From Acidimicrobiaceae bacterium (GTDB taxonomy: Bacteria; Actinomycetota; Acidimicrobiia; Acidimicrobiales; RAAP-2), in the NCBI GenBank assembly GCA_003133685.1, contig PKYQ01000023.1:20075-84074 (forward strand): a DNA stretch of 64,000 bases, written 5' to 3'. Made by a program: the position numbers and the translations under genes. The notes beneath the pieces were generated by a model. It ran no database searches and was not told the DNA's origin. It was given only the letters and a program-made list of their open reading frames with translations. Positions 50,329 to 58,838 of the stretch are shown in pieces (the stretch's first letter is position 1; every line of letters begins with the position of its first letter).

Positions 50329-51021
50329 TCATGCGGGTGCGCTTTGAATGAGTGCCTTGACTACTGCCTCGGCCTGGTTTACAAAGGAAACGGCGTTGTC
50401 TTGGGAAAGAAAGAACTTCGGAGAGCTGGCCACCGCATTTCTCAACCGAAGAAGCCGAAAAGAGGCGTCTGCGAGTTCAGACGTAACTACTCCTTGGTCG
50501 GCCAGGTACCTTGGCCGGACAAGACTTGGGAGAGTCGGCGCGTTACTGCCGAGCAGATCCGAAATCGCCCCTTCAACTTTTTGGCCCGCCAGATGCACCG
50601 CGTAGTGAGGGCTGATACTCAAATAACCGCGAACCTCTGCCCACTGTTCATCGCTGTACCTTTCAGCCCAGGACACGGTTCTCTTAGCCCGCTTTGACGG
50701 AATCGGTTGAGGCGAACGCAACTTGACGGTGGACTCTTCGATTGCGATCTCTTCCTCTGGCGTGCTGGGCGCAGCCGGCACCCGGTGTGTCAGAGTCGAA
50801 CCAATCATCACGTCTGCCGCCACGAGATCAAGCTCAGCCTTTGTGTTCTTACGCGGAGAGAACCCAAAACTGAAGTGTGAACCACCTACAGAAAAGTCGG
50901 CGGAAGACAGTTCGGCAAGCTTCTTTGTGAGCTCTCTACGGAAAGCAATCAGCGCAACCAGAACGACTATTGGCCAAGCAATGTGGCCAATCAGGTCATC
51001 GACAAACTGCAGGGTAGTCAC
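50329..51021 (-). CDS. N-terminal TM plus HEPN-like helical domain
   Basis: IAWPIVVLVALIAFRREL TM; C-terminal SP..A....VE...LLRLRNAVAS (Rx4H with His replaced by Ser). Confidence 0.6.
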   Translation of the reverse strand: MTTLQFVDDLIGHIAWPIVVLVALIAFRRELTKKLAELSSADFSVGGSHFSFGFSPRKNTKAELDLVAADVMIGSTLTHRVPAAPSTPEEEIAIEESTVKLRSPQPIPSKRAKRTVSWAERYSDEQWAEVRGYLSISPHYAVHLAGQKVEGAISDLLGSNAPTLPSLVRPRYLADQGVVTSELADASFRLLRLRNAVASSPKFFLSQDNAVSFVNQAEAVVKALIQSAPA

Positions 51022-51250
51022 GATTCAATCCTCGATGAACGGCGCCAAGGCAAACTGAGGCTCGTTTCTGCTGAGCGTAGTGCAATGTGGGCCTCTGTGC
51101 TTCTCCTGCTGCGCGGAAAGAGTCACCGGCAGTCAGCCGGGTTACTGATCAGAAAAGTCACCACCCCATCGCATCGCCAGTCTCTCCGGGACGAGACAAC
51201 GGTTCTGTTGCCGGACAATGGCGGTTCGCCATGTAGTCGACCCTCACCGG

Positions 51251-51276
51251 TGTCGGGGGCCCGACACAATAGTTCA
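51251..51276 (+). repeat. Junction motif copy g
   Basis: TGTCGGGGGCCCGACACAATAGTTCA(GCAA). Confidence 0.88.
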
Positions 51277-51325
51277 GCAATCCTTGACGGGCGGCTCTCC
51301 CCCGCGCGTTGGACTGGCGAAGCGA

Positions 51326-51679
51326 TTAGGGACCGTCGATACCGAACACGTTGCCGAAGGGATCCACGAACTGGGCGATAATCCTTTCGGGCGACAGAGT
51401 CAATGGTCCGCGATGTTTGGTTGCTCCGAGAACTATCGCCTCATTCATCGAAGACTGGAAATCCGATGACGCAAAATACACAACCGGAGTTCCTCCCTGC
51501 GGGTTGCGCCCGTCGTCAGAGGGATGGAATCCATACTCCGTCTTGCTGGCGACGAACCAACAGAACCCGTTCTCTTCGTTGACTAACTGGGCTGGTACAT
51601 TAAGCAACTCCGACCACCAGTGAGCCACTTCGCTGGGTTTCTTGCAAAAGAGCATCACAGTTTTGATTTCGCCATTCAT
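51326..51679 (-). CDS. VOC/glyoxalase family protein
   Basis: WWSELL, PVVYF, LGAT...GP, FVDPFGNVFGI. ATG 51679. Confidence 0.85.
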   Translation of the reverse strand: MNGEIKTVMLFCKKPSEVAHWWSELLNVPAQLVNEENGFCWFVASKTEYGFHPSDDGRNPQGGTPVVYFASSDFQSSMNEAIVLGATKHRGPLTLSPERIIAQFVDPFGNVFGIDGP

Positions 51680-51747
51680 GCTTCCGACACTACGGTTCAA
51701 TTGGTCAGGCCGACGTCGCAGAAGTTCCACCCTCGAAGAGTGCGGCG

Positions 51748-52524
51748 TCAGCGGACCGACTGTCCTGTACGAACCCACTCATGACGAGTGTCATTCAAGA
51801 CGTAGGTGGCGTAACTTGCCTTTGGCAGGTCTCCGTCAGGGAACGGACGTATCCGAATTCCAATGCTGACGCTGACAGTCTCGTTACTGATTATCCAGTC
51901 ACTAGCGGGGTTCAAGTACTGGTACCAATGGCGTCCTCTGTCGGTCGAGACGTCGATAACGGCATTGCTGACCATCACTATGGCTGATGGTCCATCTGGA
52001 ATTACTTTGTTCACGAAGTAGATACCTCCGCCAACCCAGTCAGTCGCGAGCATCGGGCCGGCCGCCCTCCAGTGGGCTCCGCCGTCGATGCTGCGAACGG
52101 GAAACAGTCCTCCGTCGCCGTTCACTCGCCACACGCCCCACTCGACGCTCGCAATCGGCGACTTGATTTCGATCCACCGCAATTGCGTAGCGGGAAGAAT
52201 CGTCCCCCAAGGTAGAGCACGAACTTGAACGTCAATCCCACCCTCGTACATTCCACGTCGCATCTTGAGCGTCGCAGGGTAGGGCGATGTCTTAGCGGCT
52301 GCACCAGTCTTCGGTTCGGTGTTGACCGGTGTGTTCACGTGCTTTGGCGGACCATTGTTGCCGGCTGCGAGGAAACCCGTCACCGTTGCCACCATTGCAG
52401 CGATTACCACAGCGAGGTCGCGTTGCCGGCGACGGCGAGAAGCCGCTCGAGCTTCTCTAATGAGGAGTTCCGCGGGCTCCGTCGTCTCACCGATTTCGTG
52501 TTGACGGGTCGGAGTGATGATCAT
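51748..52524 (-). CDS. Membrane-anchored exported protein with Asp-boxes
   Basis: ATG 52524 with GAGAAAGG RBS; ELLIREARAASRRRRQR plus TM; RSIDGGAHW, VSTDRGRHW. Confidence 0.8.
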   Translation of the reverse strand: MIITPTRQHEIGETTEPAELLIREARAASRRRRQRDLAVVIAAMVATVTGFLAAGNNGPPKHVNTPVNTEPKTGAAAKTSPYPATLKMRRGMYEGGIDVQVRALPWGTILPATQLRWIEIKSPIASVEWGVWRVNGDGGLFPVRSIDGGAHWRAAGPMLATDWVGGGIYFVNKVIPDGPSAIVMVSNAVIDVSTDRGRHWYQYLNPASDWIISNETVSVSIGIRIRPFPDGDLPKASYATYVLNDTRHEWVRTGQSVR

Positions 52525-52552
52525 GGGCCTGCCTTTCTCAGCACGTCTTATG

Positions 52553-52571
52553 GTACTATTCATACTAGTTC
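52553..52571. promoter_or_regulatory. Putative YtrA-type operator in the 48-nt divergent gap
   Basis: GTACTA-TTCATAC-TAGTTC (6-7-6 inverted repeat, one mismatch). Confidence 0.65.
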
Positions 52572-52572
52572 T

Positions 52573-52920
52573 ATGCAAACACTCAAAGTCAACAAAGATG
52601 AACCGGTCGCATTGCACGATCAAGTGGCCGCCGAGATTCGTCGAGCCATCGCTGACGGCGAGGCTGCTCAAGGCGAACGTCTTCCCCCGGCAGTAGACCT
52701 GGCGACGGTACTCGGCGTGAACAAGAACACGGTGATTCGTGCTTTGCATATTCTGCGCGACGAGGGACTGCTCGACTTCACGAGAGGGCGTGGCATTCGA
52801 GTAGTTGGATCTCCCCAACGCGGAGCGGTGATGACCCGCATCGATGAACTGCTCGTCTTTGCCCGGACACAAGGGTATCGCCACGATGAAGTTGTTGCCC
52901 TGATCCAAGCTCGGAGTTGA
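52573..52920 (+). CDS. GntR family regulator (YtrA-like), paralog of 45069
   Basis: True start ATG 52573, 115 aa; the HTH is nearly identical to 45069-45416. Confidence 0.92.
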   Translation: MQTLKVNKDEPVALHDQVAAEIRRAIADGEAAQGERLPPAVDLATVLGVNKNTVIRALHILRDEGLLDFTRGRGIRVVGSPQRGAVMTRIDELLVFARTQGYRHDEVVALIQARS

Positions 52921-52984
52921 AGATGCCTGTGCATGTACAGTCAGGTTTGCGCTGGGACAAGAAGATTCGAGAGTTAGGGGATCC

Positions 52985-53827
52985 ATGACCCTTTCGCCAA
53001 CTCGTAGCAATCCCACCGGAGAGACCCCCGACTCTGCAGAGCTGCTCATCAAAGAGGCTCGGCGTGCCAAGCGTCTGCGTCGATTGCGAAATATTGCAAT
53101 TGTGTTTGTCGCATTGGTGGTTGTCACTGTGATCTCCGTCATTCAGACACTGAACAAAACTCCTTCAAAGCCGAAGCCCGAGACGGCGGTTGTGAAGTTC
53201 GTCGATTCGATGAAGCACGCCAACGGCACTCGATTCGTTGCGACCTATCGCGTTCATCATTACGACTGGATGGACAATGGCGTCATCACGATGGCCCAAA
53301 TTCCGAGCCCACCTGGCACCAAAGCCACAACCAACAGCGACGGCTATTCGGGTAGTGGCAAATACGCCTACATCTATCGAAACGCAGACGGTCGTATCTC
53401 GCAGTGGATCAAAATCGGAACCAACGTGAGCGGGTGTGCGATGCCGGCCAAGGGCCCAAGCCGTCAGATGCAGTGTTCGAGACTCAGTCCGTATCTCCCT
53501 TCAAATGGCTTTGCCTATGCAGATGTTGGGTTCGTGCCGACGTACGTGATGCAATCAATTCTCACGTCGAACGGGATCGGCAAATCCCTGAAATTGACGA
53601 CGAGGGTCTCCACTCAATTCGGTCGCCTGACGTGTCTGACGCAAACCTTCCCTTCGACGATCCAAACCACATGCATAGACCGATCGGGCTACGTCGTACT
53701 TTGGAGGTACCACAACTTCCACTATTCGAGTTCGGCGACCCTTACCGCTTTCAATCGTCATCCGACTGCCAGCGATTTCAGAACATTAATTAAGCCGACG
53801 AAACCACTGGTCTTGCCAGGATTGTAA
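52985..53827 (+). CDS. Membrane-anchored exported protein
   Basis: ELLIKEARRAKRLRRLR plus TM, then a beta-rich Cys-containing domain. Confidence 0.8.
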   Translation: MTLSPTRSNPTGETPDSAELLIKEARRAKRLRRLRNIAIVFVALVVVTVISVIQTLNKTPSKPKPETAVVKFVDSMKHANGTRFVATYRVHHYDWMDNGVITMAQIPSPPGTKATTNSDGYSGSGKYAYIYRNADGRISQWIKIGTNVSGCAMPAKGPSRQMQCSRLSPYLPSNGFAYADVGFVPTYVMQSILTSNGIGKSLKLTTRVSTQFGRLTCLTQTFPSTIQTTCIDRSGYVVLWRYHNFHYSSSATLTAFNRHPTASDFRTLIKPTKPLVLPGL

Positions 53828-53842
53828 ATCTGATCGCGCGGA

Positions 53843-53868
53843 AGTCAGGGACCCGAAGCCACAGAACG
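53843..53868 (+). repeat. Junction motif copy i (degenerate, 17/26)
   Basis: AGTCAGGGACCCGAAGCCACAGAACG, in a 69-nt intergenic gap. Confidence 0.5.
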
Positions 53869-53896
53869 CATACTGGAGACAGTTAAAGGAGATTCA

Positions 53897-55117
53897 GTGA
53901 GAAAGGATTTGAGAACAACTCAACTGATCGTCAGTTTGTTCCTCGTACTTTCGCTGATTCCAATATCAAGCGTGGCGGGTGCGTCCTCCGCTCAACTGGA
54001 CCCGATTTCCCTGTCATTTCCGAACCCCCAAAAGGGCTACGTCCTGTCGCTCTATGACTGCGCCGCCAAAACTTGCGCCACCCTGCGCGGTACCGTCGAC
54101 GGAGGCTCCTCGTGGAAGGCTGTGCCAATTCCGAGTGAGCTGGGTCGAAGACTCCAGTTGGAATCGTGGGGCACGTACGGCACCACGTACGCGACGCTCA
54201 CCGTTCACTTCGCTGACGCGAAGAACGGTTGGATTTACGGCACCGTTCCCGCCCCCGTAACGCCGACTACGGCCAGTCCGAATTCGGTGAATCGTGTTTG
54301 GTCAACCCATGACGGTGGCAAAAAGTGGCGACAAGTTCGCCTTGATCCACTCGCGCTCACGGCTGGCGTCGTCCAGATGGCCACGCACGAAGCGTGGACG
54401 TACCTTTTCGGAGGATCCAATACTGGTGGCGCCTACCTGCTCGGCACACGTTCGAACGTGGACCAGTGGTCGAGGAAATCGAGCGCGGAAATGAGCATGC
54501 CCGCAGGAGGCACGCAATTGGTAGGTTCCTTCACGTTTGCGGGCGACAACGGTTGGTTTGTGGCCGGGAACGATCGTAGTTTCACCGCCAGCGCGCGGCT
54601 CTTGACTAACGGCACTTGGGGCGCGTGGAACGGACCCTCGTTTGAAGATTTCGGAGCGAGCTATACCCCGATTTGCGCCGTGACCGACAACGTCCTGCTC
54701 GCCGAGGGCGAGAGCGCCGAGATCGTGTACCCACCGGCCTCTTCGGTGCCTTCGGGATGGAATGACGGAGCGTCATGGCTCTTCATTTCCTACGACGCCG
54801 GATCGACATTCAAGCCCTTTCGCAAACTATCGAGTTCCTATCAAGGGAGTTATTACTCCACCGTGCCGGGTCTACCAGCGGTGCCGGGACCGGGGACGAT
54901 TCTCCTTCAGCAGGCGTCAAATTCGAGTTACCACCTGGTGCGCAGTACGAACTGGGGACGGACCTGGAACGTCGTTTTCGACGGCCCTATCTCTCAAGTT
55001 CTTTTCACCAGTCGTACAACCGGCTTTGCGATCGCAAAGGAAAGGTCGAGTCATACGACTTACTCGGTCTATCGAACGATCGATGCTGGAAGCCACTGGA
55101 ACAGAGTCAGTCAGTAG
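53897..55117 (+). CDS. Secreted BNR/Asp-box beta-propeller (406 aa)
   Basis: Signal peptide; STHDGGKKW, RSTNWGRTW, RTIDAGSHW. Paralog of 42110-43330. Confidence 0.87.
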   Translation: MRKDLRTTQLIVSLFLVLSLIPISSVAGASSAQLDPISLSFPNPQKGYVLSLYDCAAKTCATLRGTVDGGSSWKAVPIPSELGRRLQLESWGTYGTTYATLTVHFADAKNGWIYGTVPAPVTPTTASPNSVNRVWSTHDGGKKWRQVRLDPLALTAGVVQMATHEAWTYLFGGSNTGGAYLLGTRSNVDQWSRKSSAEMSMPAGGTQLVGSFTFAGDNGWFVAGNDRSFTASARLLTNGTWGAWNGPSFEDFGASYTPICAVTDNVLLAEGESAEIVYPPASSVPSGWNDGASWLFISYDAGSTFKPFRKLSSSYQGSYYSTVPGLPAVPGPGTILLQQASNSSYHLVRSTNWGRTWNVVFDGPISQVLFTSRTTGFAIAKERSSHTTYSVYRTIDAGSHWNRVSQ

Positions 55118-55535
55118 ATCGCATCACCGACGCAGTCCCCTTGTTTGACGTATATGTGAGTTCATCACGCTCATCTTCTTGAGCCATAGGTCCTCTTAAT
55201 TCCTACTGCCCGAGGACGGCGTGCGCGAAGCGCCAAGCCGTCCGTTCGGGCTACCTGGGTGATCATCAAAATCAATTAATACTTCGCAAATTCTGAAGAT
55301 ATTTGCATGCGCTCTTAAAGTTTCTGTTCGAAAACGCGGAAATGGGTGTGGCTGTCTTATAGAGGGCGAAAATCTCGTTCCTCTGTAAGGAGCACTATGA
55401 GACTGCCCATTTGCATCGGAGACCAGTTTCGATGATCGGTGACGACCCTCGGACTTATCAATTCAAGATCTCTGGACGACTACGTGATGATAGCGACCGT
55501 TGTCACTGGCTAATTGGAAGAGGAACGAGAAATTG

Positions 55536-56624
55536 ATGACTCGACGTCACTTTGGATCTGTCAGAAAGAGACCTTCGGGTCGCTGGCAGACCCTTTTCTG
55601 GCAAGACGAACGCGTTCAGTCGGCGGGCACGTTCGCGACAAAAGCTGACGCGCAGGCATTTCTATCCGCACTGGAAACGGATCTTCGAAGAGGTAAATGG
55701 ATTGATCCTCGAGGAGGTGAAGTAACGCTATGCGACTACGCCAATGCTTGGTTGATACAGAGAACTGAATTGGCGGAACGAACTGTGGAGTTGTACCGCC
55801 ACGTCCTTAGCAATCACATACTTATTGCGCTGGGCACTTCAACCGTGACCGGTCTCAGTCCAACCAAAATTCGCTCTTGGCACGCAAACATCGCGAAAGA
55901 TCATCCCGCGACTGCGTCGAAGGCATACCGTCTGTTGTCGTCAATTATGCGAACCGCTATCATCGACGGAATTATTCTGAGTTCGCCTTGCAAGGTTGAG
56001 GGCGCCGGCACAGAACACGCCGCCGAAAGGCCGATCGCTTCCGCCGAGGAAGTTGAACTTCTGTCACGGGCGATGCCAGATCATCTCCGAATCGTTGTAC
56101 CACTTGCCACATGGTGCCAGTTGCGCCGAGGTGAGATTCTCGGACTGCGAAGAATGGATGTTGACCTGAAGCAACACGTGATTCACATTCTTCAAAGCCG
56201 CACGTTTGGAATGGATGGCAAGCAGATAATGAAACTGCCAAAAACGGATGCAGGTCGGCGAACAATCTTCGTCCCCCGACCAGTGATGAAGTCCCTCGTT
56301 CGACATGTTGAGATATTCGCTGGGCCAGAACCAGAAGCCCTGGTAGTCGTTGGAAGGGGAGGTGCAAATCTCTCAAGGGATGCACTCCAAGGGTCGTGGG
56401 AAAGGGCGAGGCTGGCAATCGGTGGACCTGACTTACGACTTCACGACATGCGTCACACGGGTTTGACGTTGGCGGCGGCAACGGGAGCAACTACGGCGGA
56501 ATTGATGCATCGAGCGGGTCACGCCTCTGCGCCCGCGGCCCTCCGGTATCAGCACGCGACCAGAGATCGTGACCAGCGCCTATCAGACGCCCTTGAGGGC
56601 ATGATCCACGTCCCAGAGGATTAG
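55536..56624 (+). CDS. int: Tyrosine integrase with N-terminal arm-binding domain
   Basis: RRHFGSVRKRPSGRWQ N-terminus; catalytic set intact: LRRGE (R), PKT (K), HDMR, GH, YQH. Confidence 0.96.
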   Translation: MTRRHFGSVRKRPSGRWQTLFWQDERVQSAGTFATKADAQAFLSALETDLRRGKWIDPRGGEVTLCDYANAWLIQRTELAERTVELYRHVLSNHILIALGTSTVTGLSPTKIRSWHANIAKDHPATASKAYRLLSSIMRTAIIDGIILSSPCKVEGAGTEHAAERPIASAEEVELLSRAMPDHLRIVVPLATWCQLRRGEILGLRRMDVDLKQHVIHILQSRTFGMDGKQIMKLPKTDAGRRTIFVPRPVMKSLVRHVEIFAGPEPEALVVVGRGGANLSRDALQGSWERARLAIGGPDLRLHDMRHTGLTLAAATGATTAELMHRAGHASAPAALRYQHATRDRDQRLSDALEGMIHVPED

Positions 56625-56691
56625 AACTCGAACCAGGCTTCTCCTTAATGGCCCTCTCAGGCGTCGAGACTGCTCGCGTCTCTTGATTGGA

Positions 56692-57768
56692 TCAAGGTGC
56701 TTCGGTTCCGAACCTTGCCATTCGCCGCGCCGCCTCAATCTCTTGAATGCGCGCGTGCGCTGCGACACAAGCAGGGCATGCATCTCTGCCGTCGGGGTCC
56801 CTCACGGGATGGAACGTTCGCCCACAAAGCGCGCGGACGGTGCAGCCAACAACTACCGCTTCGGTGAGCCCTTCCTTCATAACGATGTGACACCACACAC
56901 CAGATCCATCTGTCAAGTCGGGTGGATCAACGGCCATTGCGGGTGCGCCACGAATGACATAGTCGGCGCAAACAGCCTCAATCCATCTCTCCGGCACCAC
57001 CACCCACCAACTTGGCACCTGCGACGAATTCATATCGGGAACGACGTCCCAATCGGAGCGCGATATGCCGGGCATAGCGTCCTGAACTTCGAGGAGAACA
57101 TCTTCAAACTTTGGCCCCGTGTAATTGATTATCTCGATCGAAATCGTTAAGTCGTTTGGATAATCAGGGCCGTTATCGGAGATGTCAACCTGCAACATTG
57201 CGGTGGAACGGAACTCCTGTCTCGATTCGTCGAGGTCAGTTGGCAGTTCCACAGCGACGGTGCGTCGGTCACGAAAGGCGGTGACCACGGCTTCGATGAC
57301 CCGTTCCCGAAGGCTCGCCAGGCGACGTTGCTCAAACTCGAGCAGTAACTCGAGTCGCAGACGCTTCTGGTCTGATTCGGTCGGCAAAAATATTTCTGAG
57401 CCGTTCACGCACAGTCGTTCAAATGACTTATAGAAGTCATCGCGATCTCCATCTCTTCGGAATCCTGCAGCACACAGCCAAAGCACGCCATTGGCATCGA
57501 TGTGAGCGGCCCCTCGAAACTGTTCTATCTTGACCCGATACCACAAGCGATCCCGAACGGCCGAGATTTTCAGCGCCATGAGTTCGTCGGCGGACATCGA
57601 AAGTAGTCGGTTCGCTTTTGCGATCAGTGGGTGTTCAATCTGGCTTAAGGGAATCGAACCAAGATCGGCTAAGTTCCCAGAACTCAAAGCGGACCTCTGA
57701 TTCGCATCTTTGAGGTCCGCTTTGAGTTCGTCAAGTAGACACCTAATAGTGGGACGCGCCGGATTCAA
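56692..57768 (-). CDS. Putative toxin: RelE-like N-terminal region fused to C-terminal DUF3039-like Zn-binding domain
   Basis: WYRVKIEQFRGAAHI...WLCAAG resembles RelE/ParE strands (tentative). C-terminal HIV.KE.LTEAVV.G..VRALCG...P.RDP....CPAC resembles DUF3039. Confidence 0.6.
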   Translation of the reverse strand: MNPARPTIRCLLDELKADLKDANQRSALSSGNLADLGSIPLSQIEHPLIAKANRLLSMSADELMALKISAVRDRLWYRVKIEQFRGAAHIDANGVLWLCAAGFRRDGDRDDFYKSFERLCVNGSEIFLPTESDQKRLRLELLLEFEQRRLASLRERVIEAVVTAFRDRRTVAVELPTDLDESRQEFRSTAMLQVDISDNGPDYPNDLTISIEIINYTGPKFEDVLLEVQDAMPGISRSDWDVVPDMNSSQVPSWWVVVPERWIEAVCADYVIRGAPAMAVDPPDLTDGSGVWCHIVMKEGLTEAVVVGCTVRALCGRTFHPVRDPDGRDACPACVAAHARIQEIEAARRMARFGTEAP

Positions 57769-57816
57769 AAATCAACCACATTTCAGTTTCTGATGGTTGT
57801 GAACCCCACGCATCAT

Positions 57817-58266
57817 TCAGCCGAATCCAAGCTCGGCAGCCTCCTCAGAGGAGATTCCGGAGAGTGAAGCGAGTTTCTCATTGCGCCTGTTTTCGTAAGT
57901 AGCAGCTGCCTCGACACGCTTCACTTTCAAATCCTCACGCAACCTGATATAAGCGACCACGTCGCTAGCGGCTATTCTCCTATCCCTTCCGGTGAAGTGA
58001 AATGGAATTCGACCTTCGTCAAGAAGCTTGTTCAAAAACGGACGCGATACGCCCACGAGTTCCGCGGCTTGAGTGCTGGTCAAATCCTTGGTTGTGTCCA
58101 GAATCGCTGCGCTTCCTCCCCGCGCAATAACTCTGAGCATGTAAATCATTGGTTCTTTTACAGCCTGTGGCAATGATCCTTCGTTCTCGAGACGCTTAAG
58201 AGTCTCTTCAACTTTTTCTCGGTCTTCCTTGCTCAATAGATTTGAGTCAACTGTCGAGATTGTCAC
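57817..58266 (-). CDS. Excisionase-family HTH (HTH_17) protein, putative antitoxin or directionality factor
   Basis: LTSTQAAELVGVSRPFLNKLLDEGRIPF..TGRDRRI. GTG 58266 with AAGGAGAAGG RBS. Confidence 0.85.
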   Translation of the reverse strand: MTISTVDSNLLSKEDREKVEETLKRLENEGSLPQAVKEPMIYMLRVIARGGSAAILDTTKDLTSTQAAELVGVSRPFLNKLLDEGRIPFHFTGRDRRIAASDVVAYIRLREDLKVKRVEAAATYENRRNEKLASLSGISSEEAAELGFG

Positions 58267-58459
58267 ACCTTCTCCTTTTCTGACGAGCAACTCCATTCAA
58301 ACTGCATACTCGAACAGATGAAACAAGTAAAGCACATGAAATAGATGAAAGCCAATCGCAGAAGCTTCGAATATTCGTAGAATTTTTAGGGCTCTTAAAT
58401 ACCTGGTCAGAGGCAACACGCAGTACCTCAAATGGGTATCTCGGCGAACTTGCCTCGTG

Positions 58460-58828
58460 TTAGTCGAGGAGCTGTGCTGCCAAGCAGAATGGGTGACCCG
58501 CCGGGTCCAAAAGGATTCGCCAATGCTCCGGATTAGTTTGCTCTGTCGCGACCCGAGCACCCAAACGCACCGCGTCAGTTTGCGCTGCGTCAAGGTCGTC
58601 GACTTTCAAGTGCAGATGCATCTGTTTCGGCACGGTCGGGTCCGGCCAAGTGGGCGGCTTATAGTCCTGCACCTTGACGGCGACCACCCAGTCTCCGTCC
58701 ACCTTGACAGCGTGGAACTCGTCGTTGCGATGTGCGACTACGCCACCGAGGAGCGCCGCCCAGAAGTCAGCGAGGACGGAAGGGTCAGAGCAGTCCAGCG
58801 CCGTTAAACCCAGTCGCGCCGTCGCCAT
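58460..58828 (-). CDS. VOC/glyoxalase family protein
   Basis: ALDCSDP..LADFW...LG, P.WP....QMHL.L.VDDL, DPAGHPFCL. Confidence 0.9.
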   Translation of the reverse strand: MATARLGLTALDCSDPSVLADFWAALLGGVVAHRNDEFHAVKVDGDWVVAVKVQDYKPPTWPDPTVPKQMHLHLKVDDLDAAQTDAVRLGARVATEQTNPEHWRILLDPAGHPFCLAAQLLD

Positions 58829-58838
58829 TCCTCAGAGC

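Noticed and set aside
39090-51276. CRISPR array
   Set aside because: Motif copies are 1-5 kb apart and separated by whole genes; no cas genes and no 30-40-nt spacers.
51674-51727. Additional junction-motif copy between the VOC gene and 51748 gene
   Set aside because: CCGACACTACGGTTCA (51684-51699) matches only the right half and also reads as a -10 box 7 nt before the VOC ATG (leaderless promoter). Too ambiguous to count.
52225-53142. Long N-terminal extensions in the ORF track (52225 for GntR, 53142 for the 51748 gene; also 4511, 11022, 12793, 16318, 24868)
   Set aside because: They overlap neighbouring genes, and downstream starts have an RBS, match paralogs or give stop/start coupling.
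39090-53868. Classical integron (attC array with IntI)
   Set aside because: The minus strand reads GTTA(C/T)GT like a core site, but I found no paired R''/L boxes or long attC hairpin. The integrase is an arm-binding phage-type enzyme rather than IntI-like.
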